A DNA stretch of 52,984 bases from assembly GCA_013334825.1 (NCBI GenBank), contig JAAXWR010000002.1, forward strand, positions 100,025-153,008, given 5' to 3'. Positions 16,337 to 25,443 of the stretch are shown piece after piece. The stretch's first letter is position 1; every line of letters starts with the position of its first letter. Below the pieces are notes generated by a model that saw only the letters and a program-made list of their open reading frames with translations, ran no database searches and was not told the DNA's origin. The position numbers and the translations under genes are program-made. Source of the DNA: Candidatus Yonathbacteria bacterium (lineage in GTDB: Bacteria > Patescibacteriota > Minisyncoccia > Phycocordibacterales > JACNGX01).

Positions 16337-17455
16337 ATGAAGACTCTGGACATTACTCAAAACGTTGATTTTTTAAAAACATCTCCGATGTTTAATTTTT
16401 CACTTGGTTCGAAAGAGCTTTTTCACAGTAATTTCTTAGCATGGTTTGTTGAAGAGTATCCTGTGAGTGCGTCACATGTACTCAACACTTTTTGTATAGA
16501 AGATGATATTCCGCGAGATATAATCAATGTTGCTCGTGAAAGAAAAAATAAAGACCTCACTATTTATTTTTCAGACAATTCAAGTCTTATAGTTGAGAAT
16601 AAAGTAAAAAGTATACCGTCACTTGAACAACTAAGTAGGTACTCCAAGGATTGTAAAGGTATGCCAGGAAAAACATCATTCCTTCTTTTGTCTCTCATGC
16701 GCCCTCTCTTTGTATTGCCAAAACCATGGCAATACATGAATTACGGTGATCTCAGTAATCTAATAGAAAAAGAGATAGTGTATATTGAAAATTCATATCA
16801 TAAAGAAATCGTATATGATTATGTGAGAATGGTTAAGGCACTTCACACTCTTGTGCAAGAGATTCATGTTGCGGATGAGGATTTGTATAATTTTTGTGAA
16901 GATGGAATACACATAATTTTTAGAGAAATACGTATAGGTGATTTATATCACAAGCTACGGTTTCAGTTATTTGCGTTACGTATAGAAACAATGTTGAAAG
17001 AGTCCTTTCCTGAGAGTATATTTTCTATTGGTGATCGCGAGGGAGAGAAAGTAGCAGGACAGTTTTATATAAATATTGGGATGACGCGCGGGCAAGGATT
17101 GGTGGAGGTTGCATATATGATTATTCCAGGTTTATTTATTACGATACAGATTCAAGATAATCATTACAAACAAATGGTACAAGGATATGCCGGTTATGGC
17201 ACTGATGCAAAGCGTGTTGCTAAGATCCTTAAAGAACATGAATGGTGGTTTAACTTTGTCCAGATACAACATAAAAAAGAATATCCCAAAGATATAAACT
17301 CCTTTAATAAATACGGCACAACAGATTTTTATCGATCGGTATCATTAGATAATTCAGTCACGGTGAGAGATATTATTTATTCAATAGTAAGTGATATACG
17401 CACGCTTAAACAACAAGAAGGAAATATTAAAGCGATTCTTCCTAAAAGAATATAA
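16337..17455 (+). CDS. PD-(D/E)xK nuclease family protein (PDDEXK_4-like)
   Basis: ELFHSNFLAWFV, then DLTIYF ... LIVENKVKS ... EQLSRY, the typical N-terminal PD-ExK arrangement. Confidence 0.6.
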   Translation: MKTLDITQNVDFLKTSPMFNFSLGSKELFHSNFLAWFVEEYPVSASHVLNTFCIEDDIPRDIINVARERKNKDLTIYFSDNSSLIVENKVKSIPSLEQLSRYSKDCKGMPGKTSFLLLSLMRPLFVLPKPWQYMNYGDLSNLIEKEIVYIENSYHKEIVYDYVRMVKALHTLVQEIHVADEDLYNFCEDGIHIIFREIRIGDLYHKLRFQLFALRIETMLKESFPESIFSIGDREGEKVAGQFYINIGMTRGQGLVEVAYMIIPGLFITIQIQDNHYKQMVQGYAGYGTDAKRVAKILKEHEWWFNFVQIQHKKEYPKDINSFNKYGTTDFYRSVSLDNSVTVRDIIYSIVSDIRTLKQQEGNIKAILPKRI

Positions 17456-17615
17456 AAAATTATTACGAGAAATATTTCGGTATTGCTCCACAACCACTCA
17501 AAGCGGACGTGTCCGATGTAGATGAGGCGTTTACCACTCTTTGGCCAGATGTAGAAATAGTCACACAAAGAATCGGAGACGATAATAATTCCACACACGA
17601 ATAATCAGTTACTTC

Positions 17616-18707
17616 ATGTCCACCATTAACCACCTTGACCAACTTGGATATTCCTCTTTTTTTGAAGAGGGAAGGCGCGCGCTCGGCTGGGGCGATGTTT
17701 CTGTTGCACGCGTTATTTCCGAATCGCGCGGTATGTATCGCGTGAAAAATGCCGAAGGAGAATACACCGCGACGATAACAGGCAAGCGAATGTTTGATGC
17801 GTCATCGCGCGAGGATTATCCCGCTGTCGGGGATTGGGTGGCGATAGAGATGGCGGGTGCCGACCGCGCCGTGATACGCGGGATACTGCCTCGACGCACA
17901 GTGCTCAAGCGTGTGTATGGAGACGAGAACAAGTCTGGTAAAAAAGACGCCTCGCAACTCATTGCGGTCAATATCGATGTTGCTTTTATTATCATGTCGG
18001 TGGACCGCGACTTTAATCTCAATCGTATTGAACGCTATGTTGCCATTGCCGAACGTGGTGGTGTTACGCCCGCGATTGTCATCAACAAGATTGACCTCTG
18101 TGCACCCAAAGAGCGTGATACGCTATCGGCGGATCTCGGCAAGAGATTTCCCGACATTGATATCATCATGACGAGCACGGTGAACGGCGACGGTGTGGAA
18201 GTGCTGCGGACGTACATGCAAAAGGACATGACGTATTGTTTTCTTGGTTCGTCCGGCGTGGGCAAGTCATCGCTCGTGAATGCACTTCTTGGAACAGACA
18301 CAATACGAACTGGAGATATTGGTACCTATGCAAATAGAGGAAGACACGTAACGACAGCACGGCATCTCTATGTCTTGGTAGGTGGCGCCATCGTCATCGA
18401 TAATCCGGGCATGCGTGAAGTCGGTATGGCTGAGAGTGGTGACGTCGCGTCTTCGTTTGAGGAGATTGTACGTTTGTCCGAGGGGTGCAAATACGCGGAC
18501 TGTACGCATACGCATGAGCCTGGATGTGCGGTCTTGGCAGCGGTCGCAGTGGGCACGCTGGACGATGAGCAACGACTCAATTATGTCGCGCTCAAAAAAG
18601 AAGATGCATATCTGGAGATGGAAGAAAACGAAAAGAGAGAGAAAGACCGTCGTTTTGGCAAGTTTAAAAAGAACGCTCTCAAAGATTTGGGTAAGATTGA
18701 GAGGTAA
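17616..18707 (+). CDS. rsgA: ribosome small-subunit-dependent GTPase A
   Basis: NKIDL, GSSGVGKSSLVNALLG, GRHVTT, DNPGMRE, and the zinc knuckle CKYADCTHTHEPGCAV. Confidence 0.95.
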   Translation: MSTINHLDQLGYSSFFEEGRRALGWGDVSVARVISESRGMYRVKNAEGEYTATITGKRMFDASSREDYPAVGDWVAIEMAGADRAVIRGILPRRTVLKRVYGDENKSGKKDASQLIAVNIDVAFIIMSVDRDFNLNRIERYVAIAERGGVTPAIVINKIDLCAPKERDTLSADLGKRFPDIDIIMTSTVNGDGVEVLRTYMQKDMTYCFLGSSGVGKSSLVNALLGTDTIRTGDIGTYANRGRHVTTARHLYVLVGGAIVIDNPGMREVGMAESGDVASSFEEIVRLSEGCKYADCTHTHEPGCAVLAAVAVGTLDDEQRLNYVALKKEDAYLEMEENEKREKDRRFGKFKKNALKDLGKIER

Positions 18708-18749
18708 GGATATATCGCTCATAGGATGTTTTTTTAGTACAATACTGGT

Positions 18750-19286
18750 ATGTTCAATTTTTTTAAAAAATCAAAAAATATAGAAGAAAAATGTGAAGAG
18801 GTGCATGTTGTTCGTATAACTCCTGCACACCGTGTGTTTACAATGGAATATGCAAGGCGCCTGTATGGCACGGTAACGGATCCAGATCAAATTCCTATCA
18901 CTGATGAGACTCATGAGCGTATTGTGCGTATTCACCCCGATAGTGTCTTGGGTCTTGAAGATGCACAGGGAAACTTGCTTTCTTGGTCGGTATGTTTGCC
19001 GACGACGCGAGAACTCGCTGATCTCTTTTGTGAGGGAACGATTACCGAGAAAGAATTATTTGAGCGAACACCTGTTGGCGCAACGTATGATGCACTTTAT
19101 TTGTGTTCTATTATCACCTTGCCTGAGTTTCAACGTAAGGGATATGCAAGCACACTTCTTCGTGAAGGGATTGCGCGTTTCCCCGAAGCAAACACATATC
19201 TATTTGCCTGGGCGTGGAGCGAGGAAGGAAAAGCGCTTATTCGTTTTACAGAAAGAAATGGGCATACAATACGACTGAGAAAGTGA
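18750..19286 (+). CDS. GNAT-like acetyltransferase (tentative)
   Basis: LPEFQRKGYASTLLREG resembles the acetyl-CoA binding motif. ATG 6 nt after TACAAT (18738-18743). Confidence 0.55.
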   Translation: MFNFFKKSKNIEEKCEEVHVVRITPAHRVFTMEYARRLYGTVTDPDQIPITDETHERIVRIHPDSVLGLEDAQGNLLSWSVCLPTTRELADLFCEGTITEKELFERTPVGATYDALYLCSIITLPEFQRKGYASTLLREGIARFPEANTYLFAWAWSEEGKALIRFTERNGHTIRLRK

Positions 19287-19501
19287 AAGTTTTTGTGTTA
19301 TACTAGCCTCTTACGAACGAATCTCTCGTCTCTTTTTCTTTTTATGGTCTCGTTTATAGTTTATCGTTTACCGTTTTCTTCTTCATAATTTGCCTTTCGT
19401 ATTCTTGATTCGTGCTTCTTGATTCCCTGCACCACGTAGGATGCAGGGCACGCTTAATTCGAGTGTCCGCCCCTATCACCTCTAACCTATTTCCTCATTT
19501 T
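19287..19501 (+). repeat. pyrimidine-rich mosaic intergenic repeat (family F), locus 1
   Basis: Modules: TTATCGTTT, tcgtattcttgattcgtgcttc, hairpin ccctgca-N10-tgcaggg (19425-19448), cacgcttaattcgagtgtccg, and tatcacctctaacctatttcc. Shared with the loci at 26422, 39202, 42061 and 52597. Confidence 0.85.
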
Positions 19502-20908
19502 ATGTCCAAACTCCTCGAAGGTCCCATCATCACATCACTGCTTGCGCTCGCGGTGCCTATCGTACTTGCCAACATCTTGCAAACCGCATATCAGCTCACG
19601 GACGCTTTTTGGGTCGGACGTCTCGGGGGAGCGGCAGTTGCCGCCGTGTCGGTGTCATTTCCTATCACCTTTCTTCTTATTGCTCTTGGTGGCGGACTTG
19701 CGATTGCTGGCTCTACGTTGATTGCGCAGTACACGGGAGCAAAGAATAAAGAAATGGTCAGTCATGTCGCGGCACAAACGCTTCTCATGGTGTCTGTTGT
19801 GTCTGTCGTTCTCGGTATTATCGGGTATACACTTGCTCCGAGTATCTTGCGTCTTATGGGCGTGACATCTGATGTGTATACTGATGCGCTTGGTTTCATG
19901 CGTGTATCGTTCGTGGGAATCTTGTTCACCTTTATCACTATTATGTTCCAGTCGATTATGCGCGGTATCGGCAAGGCGACATTGCCCATGTATATCGTGT
20001 TGGTAACAGTCGTGCTCAACTTCGCGCTTGATCCATTCTTTATCTTTGGATGGGGAGGATTTCCCGCCTATGGCGTAGCGGGTGCCGCTCTCGCGACATT
20101 TGTGACACAAGCGCTTGCTGCTGTTGCCGGATTGGTCGTTCTTTTTGGTGGTAGACATGGTATCCATTTGAAGGTAAAGGATTTTACTCCTGATGTGCCA
20201 TTTATGCGCAAAGCATTTTTTCTTGGACTGCCTGCATCTATTGAACAATCAACACGCGCGCTTTCAATGACTGTCATGACATTTCTTATTACGAGTTTTG
20301 GTACACTCGCTATTGCTGGGTATGGTGTCGGTTCGAATGTTATTCAGCTTGTCATTATTCCGTCACTTGGTTTATCGATGGCTGTCTCGGCGCTTGTTGG
20401 CCAGAATATTGGTGCAGGGAACATGAAGCGTGCGGAGGATATTGCGCGTCTTGGAGCGATGATTTCATTTGTGGCACTTTCTGTTATTGGTGTCATCTCA
20501 TATATTTTTGCACCTCATATCATGGGATTTTTCGTACCTGGAGATGTGGCTACCATCGCAGTTGGTGTGTCATTTGTCCATGCAGTTGCGCTTACATTTG
20601 GCTTCATAGGTATTCAAATGGCGCTTCTTGGCGTGTTTCGTGCGTCTGGTAATATGATGACAACCATGATTCTGACGCTTGTATCGCAATGGGTACTTCA
20701 ATTTCCTCTTGCATATATTCTTTCCAAACATACTTCGCTCGGTGTGAACGGTATTTGGTGGGCATTTCCACTTACAAATATTCTTACAACGGCAATTACT
20801 ATTCTTTGGTATATGAAGGGAGATTGGAAGAACAAAAAATTGACGAAGGAAGAAAAAATTGAAGAAACTGTTTCCGAAGAAATTTTTGTGGAGGAAGGAG
20901 TGAGATAG
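19502..20908 (+). CDS. MATE family efflux transporter
   Basis: N-terminus PIVLANILQTAYQLTDAFWVGRLG and a 12-TM-like hydrophobic profile. Confidence 0.9.
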   Translation: MSKLLEGPIITSLLALAVPIVLANILQTAYQLTDAFWVGRLGGAAVAAVSVSFPITFLLIALGGGLAIAGSTLIAQYTGAKNKEMVSHVAAQTLLMVSVVSVVLGIIGYTLAPSILRLMGVTSDVYTDALGFMRVSFVGILFTFITIMFQSIMRGIGKATLPMYIVLVTVVLNFALDPFFIFGWGGFPAYGVAGAALATFVTQALAAVAGLVVLFGGRHGIHLKVKDFTPDVPFMRKAFFLGLPASIEQSTRALSMTVMTFLITSFGTLAIAGYGVGSNVIQLVIIPSLGLSMAVSALVGQNIGAGNMKRAEDIARLGAMISFVALSVIGVISYIFAPHIMGFFVPGDVATIAVGVSFVHAVALTFGFIGIQMALLGVFRASGNMMTTMILTLVSQWVLQFPLAYILSKHTSLGVNGIWWAFPLTNILTTAITILWYMKGDWKNKKLTKEEKIEETVSEEIFVEEGVR

Positions 20909-20981
20909 ACGATGAGTTTTTGCATTCCGTGTATGTTAAATGGTTTGTATATCAAACAAAAAACCGCGCGAGGCGGTCGTG

Positions 20982-21338
20982 TTACGGTGCGGACATGCGA
21001 GGAGTACAGAGAGAAATGAGTTTCTCCGTAGGCCTATATTCGTCCGTATTCGGGAAGAAGGGGTTTCCCGGATTTTTTTTAAAGTACCCTTGACGCGTCA
21101 TGGCTTCAAGGATTTGTTTGTCGGTCTCCCTATATTTCCATCTTCGTGTGTGGCGGATATATTTCCCGAAGGGAAACGCTACCCACCTATTGAGGTATTG
21201 GCGGGAAAGCAAATCAACAATTCCCTGTAATACAGGGATATAGACTATATTTATGTCTATATCTTGGGGGAATTGGGATACGTCTGATGGACGTATCAGT
21301 TGTTCGTTAGTCGCAACAGGATGTATGGTCATATTCAC
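20982..21338 (-). CDS. hypothetical protein
   Basis: 118-aa ORF followed on the minus strand by a short hairpin (20963-20977) and a T-run. Confidence 0.4.
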   Translation of the reverse strand: MNMTIHPVATNEQLIRPSDVSQFPQDIDINIVYIPVLQGIVDLLSRQYLNRWVAFPFGKYIRHTRRWKYRETDKQILEAMTRQGYFKKNPGNPFFPNTDEYRPTEKLISLCTPRMSAP

Positions 21339-21484
21339 ATTTTTTTGTGGGAAAAGCTACTCATCTAAATGGATGATACATGATATATTTTAATGTGTCA
21401 ATGTCTCATATAGTAAGATATGTGGGTGGAAAGTTACTAAAATTTTCTCTGTTTATAGCAAAAAATAAGCCGTATGTGAATAAG

Positions 21485-21520
21485 AAAAACAGCAGAGCAT
21501 TATATGCCCTGCTGTTTTTT
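21485..21520. terminator. bidirectional hairpin terminator
   Basis: aacagcag/ctgctgtt stem flanked by an A-run and a T-run. Confidence 0.6.
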
Positions 21521-21531
21521 GATGTTTAGTA

Positions 21532-22269
21532 TTACTTCAAACTGAACGTTGTTTTAACTGTTACCATGACTTCTTTATCAATACTCCCTGTGTCATACAT
21601 GCCGTAGTCAGAGACATCGACAGTTCCTGCGGGCATAACTTGAACAACACCCATGGAGACAGATTTGATAGAGTCTACTGTCTTACCACTACTTGTCGCG
21701 ATGGCTTCGGCTCGTTTTTTTGCATCAGCAATAGCATCGGGGAGCAGTGTGACGCGAAGCTCAGGAAGTGCTTGATAGTAATATTCCACCATACCCGCTG
21801 AGAATATAACACCATGAGTGGCAAGCGTTGAGCTTTCTTTGGCGAGGGCAGTCATCTTGTCAACATCATCGAGCTTTACTTCAACACTCTGAACGAGATT
21901 ATATTCTTTTGGCGCATTGGTGTCGTTTTTCCAAATTTCATTGGAAAAGACAGGAGAGATGGTAATATTTTCTGAGGGAACTCCTTGTCCTGTGAGGAAT
22001 GCAACTACTGCTTGTTCATCTGCTTTCATTTGCGCGTACCCTGTGGACATGCCAGACACCGTAACGGTACGTGAAAAGGATCCAGTCCAACGGGCAGAGT
22101 CAGCACGAACTTCTTGCTTGGCGGAACCAGAGACGGTGATAACATTGTCCATTGATTTTACAACAACGAACGTGCGCGCGACGATGATTGTCCCGATAAT
22201 AAGAGAAAGACCAAGGAGTGCTCCTAGTATGGGGAGTCCGAGATTACGTTCAGGAGAAAAGATGTTCAT
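21532..22269 (-). CDS. SIMPL (DUF541) domain protein
   Basis: N-terminal TM helix, then ITVSGSAKQEVRADSARWTGSF, typical of the SIMPL family. Start placed at MNIFSPE. Confidence 0.7.
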   Translation of the reverse strand: MNIFSPERNLGLPILGALLGLSLIIGTIIVARTFVVVKSMDNVITVSGSAKQEVRADSARWTGSFSRTVTVSGMSTGYAQMKADEQAVVAFLTGQGVPSENITISPVFSNEIWKNDTNAPKEYNLVQSVEVKLDDVDKMTALAKESSTLATHGVIFSAGMVEYYYQALPELRVTLLPDAIADAKKRAEAIATSSGKTVDSIKSVSMGVVQVMPAGTVDVSDYGMYDTGSIDKEVMVTVKTTFSLK

Positions 22270-22421
22270 AATAAAAAGAGATATGAATAAATGTGTATGC
22301 TGTATAGTGTAGCGTATTTGAGGGAGAGTGCAAGAGAGACACAGAAAGGTGCAGATTATGCGCGGAAACACACGGAATCAATATCTTGTATATACAAAAA
22401 AGCAGGCATACGCCTGCTTAG

Positions 22422-22859
22422 CTATGTCTCTGTGGGTATACACATCTTCCAGTAGTATCTGAATCCACAAGTGGTATCGATGTGGAATTCAAAGACGTCT
22501 GTATCATTTGCAAGAGAATCAAATATTAGACCAGTTCCGATACCACAATTGGGGGAAATATGATGTTTTGAAGAATATCCTGATTTACTGACAATATCCC
22601 AATCATATGGCTCATTATCATAATCAAAGATATCAAATGTGAGGATACTTTCATATTTTTTTATGAAACATATTCCTCTACCAGTCTCTGTGTGATCATA
22701 GATATTTTTTAATATTTCTTTTATGGTTAAAAAGACATTTGAAAAGGACAGCTCGACACCTAATGCATTGAATAGAGTTTTGTACGCTTTTATATTTATA
22801 AATTCTGAACGTTTTTTATCTTTTCGATCAAGGTGTATGGTTATTTCGATATGTTCCAT
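22422..22859 (-). CDS. small GHKL/HATPase_c-like protein (anti-sigma-kinase-like), tentative
   Basis: EILKNIYDHT (N-box-like) and CGIGTGLIF (G2-box-like GxGxGL). AT-rich gene. Confidence 0.4.
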   Translation of the reverse strand: MEHIEITIHLDRKDKKRSEFINIKAYKTLFNALGVELSFSNVFLTIKEILKNIYDHTETGRGICFIKKYESILTFDIFDYDNEPYDWDIVSKSGYSSKHHISPNCGIGTGLIFDSLANDTDVFEFHIDTTCGFRYYWKMCIPTET

Positions 22860-22942
22860 CGTGGTTATTTTTTTGTTTACGTTTGACTGAAAGCAACAAT
22901 AGCACATTCTTTCTCAATTGCAATGATATTTTATCAATATGT

Positions 22943-22988
22943 TATTTCGTCCTCCTCCACACAAGTGCAAAGAGGAAGATGAGTACTG
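22943..22988. repeat. 46-bp direct repeat, copy 1 (relic of the znuB 3' end)
   Basis: Identical to 23867-23912. Read on the minus strand it encodes ...VLIFLFALVWRRTK-stop, like the ZnuB C-terminus. Confidence 0.9.
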
Positions 22989-23013
22989 GCAGAATGATGG
23001 GGTTGTACAGATA

Positions 23014-23042
23014 GAGTGTTGTCTACAAAAAACCGAGGAATC
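23014..23042 (-). terminator. rho-independent terminator of 23073-23783
   Basis: accgaggaa-tca-ttcctcggt stem-loop followed by a T-run on the minus strand. Confidence 0.7.
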
Positions 23043-23072
23043 ATTCCTCGGTGATGTCATATAGCTAAGTTT

Positions 23073-23783
23073 TTATTTCCCATCAGCACCTCTTTTTTTC
23101 AAAGCTTCAAACTGTTTTCTTTGTCGTTCCATATAGCCTGAAAGCAGTTGAGCATTTGTTTTGAGAAGATGTGTTGTAACAGATTCAATTGTCACATTAG
23201 GAACAACTTTCTCCATTTTTTCTTTCAATATGGAAAAATTATCGGGTTCTATAAAAGATGTTCCGAGACAGAGAATCAATTTTGGGAGAAAACAATCTAA
23301 TGTATGAAGTGAGATTGTTACTTCCTCCGCCGTTTCTCCCCAGCAAAGGATTTTATCACTCTTTAACATAAGATAACCGAAAGTGTCAGAAAAGACAAAA
23401 TCAGACATCATGATAACGATGTCAAACTTTTTTTCGATTTGCATTATATTTTTGTTAAAAAATATATCTGCTCTTTCAGTGTTCGAGCATCTGTCATTTG
23501 CTTTTTCTGGTTTTTCTAAACCAACAAAGATAGGTATCTCAGTTTCAGTAAGATACCCAAATGGAGATGAAAAATCATCTTCCGTCAGGGCGCGTTCAAT
23601 CCAAGGCAGTTTCTTTGAATTTGAATTTGGTATTAAAAATTTATTTGCAATCATACTATGTCGATAGATTCTCGACATATCGATAATTGCAAGTCGTTTT
23701 CCTGATGTTGAAAGCTGTACTGCTAAAGCATAGCAGTAATAAACGGGCGATTGATCACCAAGACTAATAACACTGAGTATCAT
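23073..23783 (-). CDS. hypothetical protein, ParA/MinD-like fold lacking a Walker A lysine (tentative)
   Basis: ILSVISLGDQSPVYYCYALAVQLSTSGKRLAIIDM and FDIVIMMSDF align in layout with the ParA P-loop and Walker B regions, but GKT is absent. Confidence 0.4.
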   Translation of the reverse strand: MILSVISLGDQSPVYYCYALAVQLSTSGKRLAIIDMSRIYRHSMIANKFLIPNSNSKKLPWIERALTEDDFSSPFGYLTETEIPIFVGLEKPEKANDRCSNTERADIFFNKNIMQIEKKFDIVIMMSDFVFSDTFGYLMLKSDKILCWGETAEEVTISLHTLDCFLPKLILCLGTSFIEPDNFSILKEKMEKVVPNVTIESVTTHLLKTNAQLLSGYMERQRKQFEALKKRGADGK

Positions 23784-23865
23784 GGGATAATATTTTATTT
23801 TTATGAAAAAGGACGATATTTTTTTATAGCATGGTTAATATTTTTTGTCAATTTTTATATGATAG

Positions 23866-24672
23866 CTATTTCGTCCTCCTCCACACAAGTGCAAAGAGGA
23901 AGATGAGTACTGATAAGAGAACAATAGTGGCGCCAGTGGGGATGTCGGCAAAAAATGAGAGTGTGATACCGATAAGAATAACGCTTATAGCAAGGAACAC
24001 AGAAAGAGTCATTGCACCACCAAAGCTCTTGGCCAGCTGAAGTGCGGTAACAGCAGGAATGACAAGAAGCGCTGAAACAAGAAGAACGCCAACTGCTTTG
24101 ATGGAGAGAACAACAGCAATGCCGGTGAGTGCCATGAGAAGCGCTTCGATAAGTTTCGTGTGAATACCACTTGCACGCGCAAGTGATTCATCGAATGTTG
24201 TGAGGAAAAATGTGTGATAATTGACGAGGACAAGAACTGCTACTATGACAGAAAGTGCTGCGGCAAAAACAATTTCCCATGTCGCGACAGCGAGGATATT
24301 ACCAAAAAGATAGGAAAAAAGGTCCACGTTAAAGCCTTGTGCCATACTGGCAAGAAGTACTCCTCCTGCCACGCCTGTTGCTGATATGATACCAATTGCC
24401 GCATCACCAAAAAGTGTCGCGCGTTCGGTGAGTTTCCCTATACCAAGTGAGGCAAGGACGACAATAGGAACAGCGACCACAAAAGGATACATGCCCATGA
24501 CCATGCCGAGAGCAATTGCGCCGAATGATACGTGTGCGAGACCATCACCGATGAGCGCACGATTGCGGAGAACAAGAAGAAGTCCGAGCATGCCCGCGAG
24601 TGCGCCGATACACACACCTACGATATAGGCATGCATGATAAATCCATAAGAAAAAAGTGAGAATATATCCAT
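23866..24672 (-). CDS. znuB: metal (Zn/Mn) ABC transporter permease
   Basis: ABC-3 family pattern LRNRALIGDGLAHVSFGAIALG. Start placed at MDIFSLF, 1 nt after the znuC stop. Confidence 0.9.
   Translation of the reverse strand: MDIFSLFSYGFIMHAYIVGVCIGALAGMLGLLLVLRNRALIGDGLAHVSFGAIALGMVMGMYPFVVAVPIVVLASLGIGKLTERATLFGDAAIGIISATGVAGGVLLASMAQGFNVDLFSYLFGNILAVATWEIVFAAALSVIVAVLVLVNYHTFFLTTFDESLARASGIHTKLIEALLMALTGIAVVLSIKAVGVLLVSALLVIPAVTALQLAKSFGGAMTLSVFLAISVILIGITLSFFADIPTGATIVLLSVLIFLFALVWRRTK
23867..23912. repeat. 46-bp direct repeat, copy 2 (functional znuB 3' end)
   Basis: Identical to 22943-22988. Confidence 0.9.
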
Positions 24673-24673
24673 A

Positions 24674-25438
24674 TTAGTGTTCTGTGTGGGGATGATTGAA
24701 GAGGTGCTCTCCCGCGATATCTCCACCAAAATAATTGCGCAAGACGTCATCCTTACAAGAGCCGTCAAAAGGTCCGGAGAAAATAACTTTTTTGTCGAGG
24801 AAAAGAAGTGTGTCCGCGTATTGTCCGATATGCGCGGTATCGTGCGTTATCATGAGAATGGTAACACCACGTGCATGTTCGTCTTTGAGAAACGAAAAGA
24901 TGTGCGAACGTGTTTCTTGATCGAGTGCTGTTGAAGGTTCGTCAAGAATGAGCAAGTCAGGACGCGCGACAATAGCGCGTGCCAGAAGCATACGTTGTTT
25001 TTGTCCTCCGGAAAGCGCATGAACAGATGTGTCGCTTTTGTCTGTCATGCCGACACGTGCAAGTGCGTCTTGTACACGCGTTTTGTCTTGGGTGTTATAT
25101 CGTTTTGGGAATCGTTTCTCAGCCAAAAGTCCAGAACGCACAATTTCGGCGACAGTGGCGGGGAAGAGAGGGTTGAAATGACCCGTGTGTTGAGGAAGAT
25201 AGCCGATACGTTCCCATGAGGAAAACGATGTTTGTGGAGTTTCAAAAAGTGTGATGTCTCCTGTATAAGGTGTCGCAAGTCCAAGAAGGACACGAATGAG
25301 GGTCGTTTTGCCTGCACCATTGGGACCAGCAATTGCGACGTATGACCCTTTGAGAACAGAAAAAGAGACATTGCGCAGAGCGGTGTCAGTTTTGGTGTAT
25401 CCAAACGAGAGATTGTTAACAGAGATGATTGGTTGCAT
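24674..25438 (-). CDS. znuC: metal ABC transporter ATP-binding protein
   Basis: Walker A GPNGAGKTT, signature LSGGQKQR, Walker B LLILDEP. The ATG at 25438 is preferred over the upstream TTG. Confidence 0.9.
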   Translation of the reverse strand: MQPIISVNNLSFGYTKTDTALRNVSFSVLKGSYVAIAGPNGAGKTTLIRVLLGLATPYTGDITLFETPQTSFSSWERIGYLPQHTGHFNPLFPATVAEIVRSGLLAEKRFPKRYNTQDKTRVQDALARVGMTDKSDTSVHALSGGQKQRMLLARAIVARPDLLILDEPSTALDQETRSHIFSFLKDEHARGVTILMITHDTAHIGQYADTLLFLDKKVIFSGPFDGSCKDDVLRNYFGGDIAGEHLFNHPHTEH

Positions 25439-25443
25439 ATATG

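Larger units (their letters stand above)
22989..23866. mobile_element. AT-rich single-gene insert bracketed by the 46-bp direct repeat
   Basis: 878 bp between the repeat copies, carrying ORF 23073-23783 and its terminator. Confidence 0.4.
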
